Source: Lenisia limosa
Taxonomy: Eukaryota; Protista; Breviatea
Assembly (NCBI GenBank): GCA_001655205.1
Contig: LPNZ01007402.1
Coordinates: 1,218-65,217, forward strand
DNA length: 64,000 nt
Direction of reading: 5' to 3'
Part shown: positions 22,543-35,168 of the stretch, one piece after another
Layout: each line of letters opens with the position of its first letter
How positions within the stretch are numbered: the stretch's first letter is position 1
Position numbers and translations under genes: made by a program
The notes under the pieces: model-generated
Told to the model about the DNA's origin: nothing
Databases searched by the model: none
Seen by the model: only the letters and a program-made list of their open reading frames with translations

Positions 22543-25500
22543 ATGGGCTGTGGAAGTAGCAAGTCTTCCAGTTCAGTAAATGAACCGATTAAAAGACCAG
22601 AAGAACAGCAACAACAGAGGCCACCTCCAGGAACTCAAGTTGAATCAGGTTGGGTAGGCCCAGTGTCTTATTCTATAGACAACAAGACCCCTCCTCCAGC
22701 CGACTCTGCTGCTTCTCAAGAAGCTATAGTGGAAGATGATTTTTCCGATATCAATAATGACGAAACAGCAAAAGAAACATCAGGTTAGCTCCTCACTCAG
22801 TCTTTTGTTTTTCATAACGCTTGCTTCAATTAACCCATCAGATGGCTTCAAGGCTCTCTTTGGAGAGGTTACATCAGTTGGAGCCCATTCAAGAGAAGAG
22901 AGTGGGTGGGAGTGTCATGATGTTCTTGGGTTTCTTTGACCATGTTTTTTGGCCGGGTTTGCCTCTTTTCTGCCAATCATCAAAGGAATGCACATAATTG
23001 AGGTTCCAATTTTATCACTCTGAACACTCAAATCTTTAAACCCAAGTAATTTGCTGTGGGAATATTATTGTTTTAGAATGATGGGGATTGTTGAAATTTA
23101 CGCCCCCTAAATTAATCCCCTGTTTGATTCAACCCACACCTCCAATGGTATTATTTTTGGAGCCACTTTTTGGTTTCACGTTGCAGTTATGATGTCGTTC
23201 ATCCCCCCATCCCTTGGGCGCATTGTTGCCAATCAGGCTATCAAACCGGCAACATGTATGTGTATTAGGCTCAATTAAATTCAAATCTCCGAGTTTAATT
23301 TATAATCCGATTGTTCTTCTGAATGCTGATTTAGTATTTGTTTGAGGGTTGCTGGTACATTTTGAATAAATGACTGTGATTTGATTTTGAGATTCAGTGT
23401 TTCACCTTATAGTCAAATGGACAGGCGCCATTCTTATGGTTGACATCAGTGGCTTTACGCCCATTATGGCGACAATGAACTCATGGGCTCGATGGGCCAA
23501 GTAAGCTTCCTCTCCAATACGCGCATTTCTTTTACTCTTTCTTTTTACCTACCACACGACCGCAGTATTATTTTGGAAGAATTTATTCTCTTTTCTTTCA
23601 ATTAAGTCTATGCTCTTTACGACATTAGATGGCCCCGAATCCTGTCAGAGTATTTTGAGCGAATGATGCATTGCGTGTCATGTTTCGACGGCGAAGTTCT
23701 CAAATTCGCAGGAGACTCCTTAATCGTGGGTCTGGGTCAAGTTCGGTTCAACGAAGGGTTCGTGATTCACTTCTAAATATGATGCGTTTTATGAAACTAC
23801 TTCCTTTATGTTACATTGATAGGTTGGCTTTAAAGTCAAGAAAGGTATGGACGCAAATGAAGCGGCCAATAAAGCCTGTCATGCCGCCGCAGCCATCCTT
23901 TCAACTTGCGACAACTTTGTTCCTGATGAGGGCGTGTTGTGGGGGGGGGGGGGANNNNNNNNNNNNNNNNNNNNNNNNNNNNNNNNNNNNNNNNNNNNNN
24001 NNNNNNNNNNNNNNNNNNNNNNNNNNNNNNNNNNNNNNNNNNATATCGATAATTTTAGACGATTTATCGAGAAATTCAGTCTTTTTTTTCTAACCGAAGC
24101 GAAGCCCTAGGAACAGAGGAACAGTGGCTATAGTGTCAATCTGCAAATAATACTCAATCATTCCAAGATGTCGTAATGGGCCATGGCTTAACCTTTTACC
24201 AGGTTCCGAGTCCACGCCGGGCTGACTTTCGGACCTGCTTCCGAGGTTATTGTCGGACAAGCTCAGCGGTTTGGGGATACTGCGGCTTCTTCCTGAATCC
24301 ATTCGTCGTATAATCGGGCTTATCATGGTAGATTCGAATATTTCCTTGCTGGGGGCACCCTCGTTCGGGCTGGAGAATGTGCCAACACTGCCAGTTCAGG
24401 GCAAATCGTCACTGACTCAAGTATCATTGATTTGCTTGGTATGTCATTTTTCAATCTCAAAAGACAAATCGGTCATTGTAACGAGAACTTATAAAATGCA
24501 CCTTAAATATCTAAATTGGATAAATCTGTTCTATGGTATTGTTCAGGGTCTAGACTTCCAATCTGAATTTTTAAGCCATGCAGATGAGTGGTTAACTCTT
24601 CAGGTCCGGAAGCTTCAACCAAGGTGATCAACTCGCTCTTCATTCTGGATGTCACTGCCCTGCCCAACCCCCTTGAACCCTCGGCCATCCCTTCAATTGT
24701 CACTTACAACCCGGCACTCAACAACACGGTGCGTTTCTTTTGACTTACGCATCTCCAAAGACAATCAAGTATATATATGTACTATAGTATATCATATATT
24801 ATTCACATTTATCGCTGTTTTATTGTATCCCTTCAGTTCCTGTCGTTTGTACCGACTTGCATTCGTGCTCAAATTTCTGATGATGATGATGTGACAGCCG
24901 ATTTCACAGCTCTGGAAACGTGGGTGCTAATGGAATTGTAAAACTGCATCTTATTGACAAACATCCTTTCATTTCTAATTATTTCAGAAATGGGAAGTTC
25001 AGTGAGGTTACGTCACTGTCCATTATCTTCGCGTCCCTTCCACCTTGCAACAAACATCAAGATATTCAGGTACTTATAATATTTTTTGTCCCTTTTTTCA
25101 CTCTTTAGAACTTGGTCAATGAAGCAGTCAATATATTGACTCAACTCGGAGGTGTTATTCGCCAAATCTGCGTGGATGACAAGGTAAGCAGCACCCTTTG
25201 TTATAAAAACTGTTGACACGTGATTGATTCTTCAGGGAACAATTTTAATTGCCGGCTTCGGCTTTGGCAACATGGGCAACCCCGCAATGAACAGCAAAAA
25301 AGCCGTGGTTGCCTCGCACCTTATGAAGTCCTCCTTCATAAAAAAGGGCTACAAGTGGGAGGGGGACACTGCTTTGTTCCTCCATATGTAGTATTAGGAA
25401 TGAGGATCAAATGGTAGGGGCTGGTATCACATACAGTTAGGGTTTCACTTCAGTTTGAAAAAAAGACTGCATTTCTCGATAAATCTTCGAAAATTATCGA

Positions 25501-28500
25501 TATTTTTCGAACCTAAGTGAAGCCCTACGGACAGTAATATTACTTCTTTTCGTCAAAGCACAAAAATTAGGTGCTGTCTTGCCGTAACCAATTAGGAACC
25601 CTACATTTGGTGTGACCAGTGGCCGGGTTTTCACCGGTTCTGTTGGCTCGTCATCAAGGAGGGAGTATGCCATGGTCGGACCCATTGTCAACACTGCGGC
25701 GCGAATCATGACACATGCTGCCAAGAATGAAAACTGTTTGTGGCTCGGATACGGAGTCAATTAAACAGCTTGTAGTACAGCAATTGTTCTGTCGTATTTT
25801 AATGACACCTTCCTCACTTTTAAGGCATCGAAGTGGACGAGGAGACACTTTCAGCCACTATGGAAATTTTAAAAGAGCCAAAAACTCTCAAGGCAGTTAC
25901 ACTCAAGGGTGGGCAAAGCTTGAGAAGAGGGGCAGATGGGTGCTTTGTTCTAAATCTTAATCATGTACTACCTCATTATGATATTCTAGGAATTCAAAAG
26001 CCACAATTGATCGGAGTGATCGGAGAAGTGGATGTGGACGTTTTCGACAAGTTAGACGCTGAAGAGGCAATGAATGAGGGTGAAGAAGTTCCGGTGGAGG
26101 AGGAAGAGGAGTACAACGGAAGTGAGTGGGAATTAATAATTTGTTTCAGGATCAAGGTATATCTCTTCACAGTTCAGTGAAACGGAGGATCCGACAACCG
26201 GCATTCTCGAGAGTTGCCTCCGCCGCCGCCTCTCTGACAGACGTTGATGAGGTTTGCTCTTGGCGGAATTTTTTTTAATGGTCTAATTCTAAAAAAAAAC
26301 GAGTAATGTTGAGGAGAAATCAATTTCCTGCAAGGCTAAATGAAACCCTAGATTAATGATGGTCAATTTGCATCCCAAATTTCCTCTTTGTGGATTAAGT
26401 CATTTGTCACAATCTAGGCAATTGAGAAGTGCGTAACCTCTCTGAAAGAAAATCTTGAGGGGAAGGCACCCCATCTCATTATCATTTACAACACTGTGAG
26501 CGGATATCGTTGTTCTTTTTATTGGTTAGGGATGGGAGGGAATTTTAAATCATCTTGATAATATATAATATTAGTACTATATATCATATGATATATAGTA
26601 CTATATATCATATGCACTTTTTTGCTTTCTTGAGCTTACACCCATTAATACAGGTTTGTGAGGAGGCACAAGAGTTTATCACTGGTATTCAACAAGCTTT
26701 CCCGAAGGCAATTCTCTCAGGTGGGGGTACAAAGGGGTCTTTCTATACTTTATTTTCACATTTCCATTTAGCTTCCTTCTTTCAGCGCTTACTCACATCA
26801 CCAGGCGGCACCTCCGCCCCCGGAGTTTTCAGTGATGCTGGGTACTTCACTTCTCCCGCTGCCACCGTGTGGGCTCTTCATAACCCAAAAACCGCATTCA
26901 CTACCGCGTCTGTAGGAGTATGTCGGGCTTCAGTGTGTGTCCACTAAATGTAAATAATATCTTTTTCTGTTTTTTTTTTGCTCTTTTCTACTCGTTTTAG
27001 TCCATTTGATTAACATTTGACCGCTAGGTTAAAGGCAGTGGGCCTGAAGACTACTTCGAAGCTGGCCGAGTAGTTGCCACTAGTGCTGTTGACAAGGTTG
27101 GCAATTAACACTGACAGAGGCGTAACAGGGCAATTGTACAACAATTCTGTGGAGCTTTTGTGATTCTTTTTAGGTTCCAGAGAGATATGCCGGATTGCAG
27201 CCAACCATTTGCTGGCTCTATAATATCCCGGGTCTTGATGAGGTTCGCTGATGCTGATTTACTGTGACTATTCTGAAATTGTCTTGACCAAATAGGAGGT
27301 GATGAAGGGCATTTTGAGCATTGTTGGAGAAGACTGCAAGATTGTCGGAGGCAATGTAGCTGACGAGGGGCTTTCGGGACAATGTGAGTTACTTTTGACT
27401 AAGAACTGTACAATTATCAAAGCTCAATACACACAATAAACATTTGGAAACAATGACTATCAATGACTTATTATTATGTAGGGTACTCTCAAGTGGATGG
27501 TGAAATTCTTAACAACAAAATTGCGATTGTACTCTTCTTCGGAAAGTTGAACGTCAGATCCGAGTTCGAGACCGGGTAGGTATGGGATGAATTACTATTT
27601 ACATGATCCTGTGTTTTGCGTTTGTCTCCAATGAGTTGTAGAATCTTGTTTTTTTCTACATAGTTTTTGATAACGGACCCAGTTACACGCCGACAATCAC
27701 GACGGGAGTGGCTTCGAATATGGAAGGCACCAGGCTCCTAAAGACGATCGACAATCGGCCTGCTGCCGAAGTATGTCTTCTCAGTTTGAGTGAATATCAA
27801 TCTGCCTATCAAAATTAAATCTATCGAAACCTTTCCATTTTGACTTCTCAAGGTTTGGAATGATTGGACAGGTGGCAAAATTGGTTCTCTTCTAGGATCT
27901 GAATCCTGTATGTGCTGTTGATGTTAATACTCAGACCTTCTGCTTTTGGGTTTAGTTGAACTTCATTTCGGATAGAAGACTGGATAATCGAAATACGTCT
28001 ATATTTGATATTACATTCCTAGCATAACTATTCAGCTGGTGTCGTCATCAAACTTTGCGGCGCAGACCCTTTCATTGCCCCCCTCGGAATTCCCATTGCG
28101 AAAAACCCTGACGGGCGCGTGCAGTACCGTCTTGTCGCCCCCATGTCAATCACTCCTGAAAACGGCATTCAACTTGGCGCTGGCATTTCTGAAGGTTGGA
28201 TGGGTGCCTTTACGCAAAGTATCCCAATGCTGTAGATTCTTCTCGATTTGTGGCTGAAAGTAATCTGATTTTTTCAGGGGATGAAATTTGTCGGATGGCA
28301 GCCACTCGTGACTCCATTCTGGAGTCCATGCTGAAGTTTTTGGGTTCTTTCAATAACGTTGATGATCTATGTTGTAACTTATACAAATAATGACATATAA
28401 TATGCATGTATTCAGCTGGTCAGGACTAACAATTCAGACACACTCGCGATATGATCAATAGAACACATGACTCTCGCTTGAGAATCAACGCTGGTTTGAG

Positions 28501-31500
28501 GGACTTCCAACCCGTATTTAATCTCCCAAAGCCATTGAAGCTAATCGTGGCAAGAATACTGATATTTTGACACATCAGGGCTGATCATGATCTGTGGCTT
28601 CACATCCTTCCTTCTTGGTTCTGAAAGGCTGAATAAGTTTGCCCTTGCCTGCGCCGCTGAGCTCGGCGTACCTTTTATTGGGTAGGTCGTCCTCAAATAA
28701 TTATTTTAGGCACATAATTTTTTTAACAATTAGTCTCCAATTATGTATTGTATTGCGTGTGTGTATGTCATCACCATATCTCTGACCCCCCAGTGCTGCG
28801 GGTCTGGGAGAGCAAGGAACCTACAGCAACCCTGCTTGCGGCTGCCTCAATATCGCTGGAAACCTGTCCTATTCATTAACCCTCTTCGTGTATCCTGAGA
28901 GTGACCTTCATTACAACTCCACGGTCAATTCTAAGGGTATGGAAGTGAGGGCTTAAATTACATTTTGACTGTATGCCTTAACGATTATAGCAACAATTGA
29001 CGTGGATCAAATGTCAGTAGTGTCTGGACAGTCAAAGGTTTCGCATACTTCGCGTACCTCCCGCGCCTCACGCGCATCCAGAGCTTCCAAACTCACATCT
29101 GGCATGGGTTTGTGTGGTTTGAAAAAAATTGCCGTTTCTTTGTTCATCCTATGATGCAGATTAGCAATTTGACATTTTAGGAACAGTTATCCGGATGGAG
29201 GAAGACAGTCTCATTTGTCTTGTCGCCACCGCTGACGGCTACGATGACTTCAAGGACGTTCTCTTTTCTCGCACTCAGTTGGCTCTTCGGGGTCATGTTT
29301 GCTCGCGTTTTTCTCTATATTGCTAACACCCCTAGGAAAGCCATGGAGACTGTAAGCGAATGTCGCATTGTCTTGATTCAACTCTTTGCCGAGAATCTCA
29401 AACAGGGACAAAAGGCGCTTGATGTAGGCTGTTCGCTTCCATCTCTTCTTTACTGCTGATTCTTCTCACTCCAAAGGATGCAATAGAACTCTTTGATGAC
29501 GCTTTAGTGACTCTGACTGTTGTACGTTGGGGTAACATACAATGCTTGTGACTTGAAAATGACTATTTCAACAAAAAGCATTTTGGGTATTACCGTTTTA
29601 GACTGGTAATAGCGCGTTCTGTACCTCTTCAACATCCCATGGATCTCTTATCAATGGCCAAAGTAGGAAAAACTGATTTGTAACTGGTTTTCTCCTTGAA
29701 TTCTTGTAATTTGCCCATCTAGCTGGAATTGCGTCAATGGTGTACATTGCTGGGCCAGACAGTGAGGCTGCTGCCGCCGCTCAAATTGTCAACCCGGATG
29801 TAGGAGGTTCCTTTTTTGGAAATCAACCTCTGGCAGATTTACGATTTTAGGACGAAGTCAGGCTGAAAGACCTTTCAATAGATGTGGTGGGTTGGGAGAG
29901 ATAATTTTAGGAAGCATTTACATAGTAGCACCGTTTTGATTCAGTTTAGGCCCAACTCAGCATTGCGGTCACTTCGGACTGTTCGGAAGCTATCCTCGCT
30001 CAGGTTCAGGAAATGCCAGCCCCACGAAATGTGATGGAATCCTACGATCCTGGAGGTTTGCTCTTGTTATCATTTTGGACTGATTTATTCGTTTGAACTC
30101 CATACTAATATTATATATCACATGGTATTGATGATACTTAATGATTACTCAGCTACAATTATCTTTCAGCTCCGGTTGTTGGAGGAGTCATTCTCGAAGA
30201 CAAGTCGGGAGTGAGGTTTATCATCAGCTCTAAGATCGAGGGACAGAAGAGGTAAGCCCTTTATAATCATGATAGTTGGATTTTTCGTATATTATCTCAA
30301 TTCTGCCTGTCACATCTTCATTCAGATTGTTCTGATTTGTTTCTCCTTTTGAACTAAAAAGCCTGGACATATCATATCTTTTGGAGTAAGGGTTTCTAAC
30401 TCAGAAGAGAGACTGCCAAATCTATGTCAGGCGCCTTGGTCACAATGCTAGGTCAGATGGAGTGACTGTGCTTTTAAATTGCCTTGTCACAATATTCGAT
30501 GATTTTGGTAGTATTCATTGATAATGGAACAGGTGGAAGTGGGATTGCAGCAATGGGAGAGTTGAGTCACGGCTACGCACCTACCGGATACGAAGCCTCC
30601 ACGGCAGTTGTCAATGAAACCGTTAGCAAACTCAAGTGGGTGGCTAGTGTGAATTGGGGGTGACTTTCTACGATCTTTGGTCCCAAAAAGACGAAAAATA
30701 AACTCCTCGATAATCATTATTCGCTGATACTGCAGCCAACAAGCCGCGCTAGAGCTGTATGACCAATGGACTGGTGGAGTTTTCTCACCGGCTCTCAAGT
30801 CGGAGTCTCCCTCCAAGTATAGGGTTAAATGTTTTTGGACAACACTCAAGATCACACTATTTCTATTTATAATATCATTTTTTGAGTGATTATTGTCAAT
30901 TCCTGCTTTTTTGACGGAAATGACCCCGAATTTCAAATTAAGTTATTTTCCTAGGAGGGCACTAATTGGAACCTGTTTTGCTCTTGCCACAATCACGGAG
31001 AAGACGCAGGTGGTCACAGCAGTTGTCGGTGCTGCCCAATTTGGTGAGAGCATTGGGTCACTGTAAACGTGAAGCTCAATGGGCAATATATTCTAACCTT
31101 GTCTAGGACTGATTACTGGCGTGCCCCTCCCCCACAACAAGAATGCTAGCCTTGTTGCTCTCACGTCCAACTTCTTCGCCACCTCCATCGGCCAGGTCCG
31201 AGCTTTGTTTCTGTCCATATATGATATAAATGATATACCGTGACCAGAATAAGTCTTGACCAATTTTCTTTGGGAAAATCACATAGCAAATCGGTCAAGA
31301 CATATCCCGGTCACTGTATACTGTATGATATGTTTCTGGTTCAGATCTAGGATAAGAGCTGACGGTTCAGATTTCGCGCCGTCTGGGAATGGCAAGCAGA
31401 AAGGGTGGAATTGCGTCCAAGGGTCAACAGAGCATTGCCCTCGGAGGTTGGCTTTTACTCGTTTCCTTCTCAGATCTTTATTGGCTTTTGCATCGGTACT

Positions 31501-31845
31501 AATTTGCTTAGGCGAGGCTGGGAGAGGAACATGCGCATCCACACTTATCTCACTCCCCAACCGGCACGCCTCGTTGATGTCCGATAAGGACTGGACCCAT
31601 ATGAACGCCGCCCTTGCGAACAGCGGAAGAAGTGGGGGGGGGGATTCGCATGTCTGATCAAGAAAATGGAGTATAGTAACTTATCATATACCAAGTCAAA
31701 GGGAAGACGATGGGTCTTTAATTCTGTAGATAACGCGACGCTTTTGATTGCGGCCCCACAATGCTTTGGAAGAGGCGGGCTTGGCTTTGGCGCTCCGGCA
31801 ATCAGTGACCTCTGCTCTTTTGCCATGGCTGTTTCATGGAGATAG
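22543..31845 (+). CDS. N-acylated soluble-type (ADCY10-like) tandem class III nucleotidyl cyclase fused to two FIST_N/FIST_C modules
   Basis: MGCGSS start. C1: MVDISGFT and VLKFAGDS. C2: CVDDKGT and GVTSGRVFTGSVGSSSRREYAMVGPIVNTAARIM. FIST 1: IVGGNVADE, TIDNRPAAE, GAGISEGDEICRM, GAAGLGEQG...GNLSY. FIST 2: PVVGG, HGYAPTG, QAALELYDQWTGG. More than 30 exons; the last exon is inferred as ...AMAVSWR with TAG at 31843-31845. Confidence 0.8.
24043..24109. mobile_element. Family 1 MITE, right part (left part in gap)
   Basis: GATTTATCGAGAAATTCAGTC core and AACCGAAGCGAAGCCCTA terminus. Confidence 0.75.
25438..25527. mobile_element. Family 1 MITE in a cyclase intron (opposite orientation)
   Basis: TAGGGTTTCACTTC...GTGAAGCCCTA; flanks CATACAGT/CGGACAGT (6/8). 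Confidence 0.8.
31236..31318. mobile_element. Family 2 MITE (about 80 bp), Tc1/mariner-like
   Basis: TA-C(A/C)GTGACC...GTCTTGACC inverted with GGTCAAGAC...GGTCACTG-TA. Confidence 0.7.
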
Positions 31846-31903
31846 GTGTATGCTACCACGTTATTCCATTATTAGCCATAGTTACGGATTATATTTTTGA
31901 TAA

Positions 31904-31978
31904 ACAGTGACCGGGATTAGTCTTAGTCGACAAAGCTCATTTCCTACAGAACAATCGGCCAAGACTTATCGCGCTGTA
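31904..31978. mobile_element. Family 2 MITE, degenerate copy
   Basis: CAGTGACCGGGATTAGTCTT...TCGGCCAAGACTTATC...CTGTA. Confidence 0.55.
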
Positions 31979-32658
31979 TTATACTTCACATTTATACTTT
32001 CTAATTATTCAGGTATTCAGGAGCAGTATCCAAAATGTTAGGTTAGGAATTTTTATTATGTGTTTTTTAGGGTTTTTTTTTACGACGTTTATTTATTATG
32101 TTTTGTTGTTTGTATTTATATATCCATATGTTATCGAAGCTGTTCATGTGTACAAATAGAGAATTTGGTCTGAGCCTTCTGTGCCTTCTGTTAACATTTG
32201 GTTGCGCTTGGGCTCTCAGGCGCGCGAAGGAGGGATTTGGGGTACTTCAACGCACACAATGATCAAACAAAAACCCACGACACAGCATCCAATTTGACAA
32301 GAAAAATGCGCTTTTGAATAAATTAGGCTTGAATGAAGTAGTAATACAAAAGTGCAATTGAAGTGTTGTCAGTTGTTTTCTCATACCGCAATCATAGTGT
32401 GTTCTTAGCTGGTTCTTGCATGGGAGAGGCAAAAAAAAAAAAAGCAAGTGAAGCAAGCGGCACAAGGAGAAGTATTTACACACTTAATTTGGACCAGGGC
32501 ACATATTAGAGGATTATTTTTTTTGAAAAATCATCATATCGAACTGAACAACAGTAGGAAGTTAAAATAGTCACAGTTGAACGTTAGATCTTTAATAGCT
32601 GATATCAAATCTTTCTTTTTTTGCTTCATTAAAAACAGAGCTTCCTAATTCAGTTATA

Positions 32659-34903
32659 ATGGGTGAAGAACATGTTGAAGATCTTCCTTCATCTCCAATC
32701 AGGGAAGAAATCCCCGAGAAAGAAGTAAAACCTTCTCTGAAGAGGAGACTTGGAGACGAAGGCTGTCTTGAGCCCGAAGAGTCAAGTAAATCAACCGGTT
32801 TGGCTTGTTTTGGGGTATTCTATGTTTCATTGCAATGTTCCTCTAATCCCTTTATCTCGTGGTCACCACTCCTTGGACTTTCTAATGCCTGCAGAGGTTA
32901 GTTGGTGTTTGCAAATGAGATTAGAGTGGCAAGTACCGTCTTTTTTGTGAATTGCTTTCTCTCTCCTGCATCATCATCACACAATAGTTCCAACGCAGAG
33001 GTGGACCTCCTCCAGGATCAGTAGCTGATCTTGCCATTCGTCTCAGGGTTACAAAGGCCAAACGCGCAAGATTGGAACGCTATTTGGATATGTAGGGGGG
33101 ATTGTTTTCTGGAAGGATTATTTTTTCGATTTGTCAAGCTATATTTCCCTTTTTCTTTGCATTTCTAATTGTGCCAGTGTGGAAAATGGCCCTGCCCCAA
33201 AGCCTGAAACGCCTAAGAAGCCCCTCATTAACTTACAGACTGAAGATCGTGTGGTTAGTGGGGAGTAGTGCTTTGTGTTCCTACTTATTTTCAAGGAATG
33301 GCTAGGAATTTCAATGATATTTTACGGTGTAGATCAAGGAGCTCGGAACAAAAGAGAAGACTCGCGGACGCAGACTTTTCGGTGTCCTTCAGAACCATCT
33401 GTCTGGCTTCACCTCAAAGGCTATGGAGAAGAGAGCTGAGGTTTGTTTGCAAAATGTCCTCTGTACTGTTCATTCTAGTTAGTGGTGGTTGTTTTAATTG
33501 TTGCCAGGCTGCTAAGCAAAAGAGAGAAGAAACTGAGGCCCGTTTGAATAAGAAGTTCGAAGAGGAGAAGAACCTTTCGATTGAGGAGAAGGTAGGGGGT
33601 TCTTTTGACAAAATGGGAGATATTAGTACTTGGTAGTTGAGTAAGTCATTGATATGGGAATTTTGCGCTTTACTTTAATTCCAAAAAAATGAAGTTATTT
33701 CTCAAAAAAACCCTCTCGATTCTTACAGTATAGAAACGTGTGGTTCTCGAGCTTATTGAAGAGGAGAAGAAGCTGCAGGAGGAATATGAGGAGCGCTCTG
33801 CCATTCGCAACACTGGAATCCTGGTGGGCTGAATTAACACTTTTCGTAAACTGAAACCTCTATTTGAGGGTTATAAAAGAACTTTTCATTGTGTTAAGTG
33901 TTGAAGATTACAAATTACTGACCATTTTCAGAAGAACAAATGGACAAAACACCACCTTCTTGTTGCGCATTCCATTGAAACTAAAACCGGGCCTGCAATC
34001 AGATGGATTCCCAAGAAGCACAATGACGTTAGTTTTGATGATTGAATTCGCTTATTTCATGACACTTTTAGGAATCTTTGCTCTTTGTGTTTTACTCTTA
34101 TAGGAGACTCTTGATCTTCTTGAGGAGTCAAGAGAAGCTCAGTTGACCGTGAGATACGTGCCTGCTGAAGGGTGGGTTGTTAATGTAGCCAATTTTGGTT
34201 AACAAATGTTACCTTCCCTTCTTTCCATAAAAAAAATAAATAACACTTACCTTCATATTGTCATTTTATTAAACCTCATATTGAGGCTCTGTTCAAAAAT
34301 ACCGAGTTTCTCAAAATGACCTTGAAAGCGATTCCTCCATTTTTTAAAGATCTACTTATAGTGCCTTTTACCAATGGACAGTTCTCTCTACATCCATCCC
34401 CCTTCTCACACACTCTTTCGTATTATTTTATTATCGCTCTAACTGTCCCCCCCCCCCCTATGCATAATAATATTATCATAGTCTAATATCTCTTATAGTC
34501 GTGATGGAGAGATGACAGCTTCAGCCAGACACCACCTTGTTTTATTTCTATCTCTACATAGTATATAATATGTTGTTTATGACCCCCCCTCCTTGAGGGT
34601 CTTTACCTTCTGACCCCGAAGGGAGACTATCCCGGAGGAGTTCCGCACCATGTACGAAGTTCTTGAGGACCATGACGCCCCAACCGTTGTGTCAAGCCAT
34701 GAGGCTCCGGAAGCGCCCGTGGTGAGAGGGGATACGGTTGCCTCATCGATTCTTCTTTCATGCAAGTCAAGATGATAGCTTTGGAAGATTGAACTGTTTT
34801 ATTTGGGGTTTTTTCAACACAGAGACTGGTTTATTGTTCACAAGTCCAGGAAGACGAACAGGACAACGTTGACCAGGATGGTGTGGAGAGTGCCGAGGAT
34901 TAA
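32659..34903 (+). CDS. PNN: Pinin/SDK/memA-domain splicing/EJC-associated protein
   Basis: RGRRLFGVLQNHL, charged coiled-coil exons, IETKTGPAIRWIPKKHNDETLDLLEES, acidic tail. Confidence 0.75.
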
Positions 34904-35168
34904 GTGTGTTTCTTGTACAATAGAGCTGATGTTCCCCAATCCATTTTTGATTTAGCCCATCATAGAGCTCATGGGAATCTTCAACAGCCCCCTGGCTTAT
35001 AACCCTAGGTCTGAAGCGATCCAGATAACGAAATACTAGAACGGCAATTTCAGTTATTATTACTCTTTCAAGACATCAGAAACGAATTGAATCAATAAAA
35101 CTACTCAACCATGTCATTGAATTGAATGGAAACGCAACAGAAACGTAAGAAAACGTATCGAACATAGA

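Noticed and set aside
23470-23660. Possible double frameshift or recoding in cyclase C1: an alternative frame reads GLDGPNGPE, resembling the usual G..GAE motif
   Set aside because: The canonical splice gives a continuous open frame (WARWAKWPRILSEYF) that realigns at RIL..YF. Recoding is not needed; cDNA would settle it.
31636-31657. ORF-track stop at 31657 as the end of the cyclase-FIST gene
   Set aside because: GTGGGG at about 31635 is a better donor; splicing to about 31730 completes a FIST_C-like ending.
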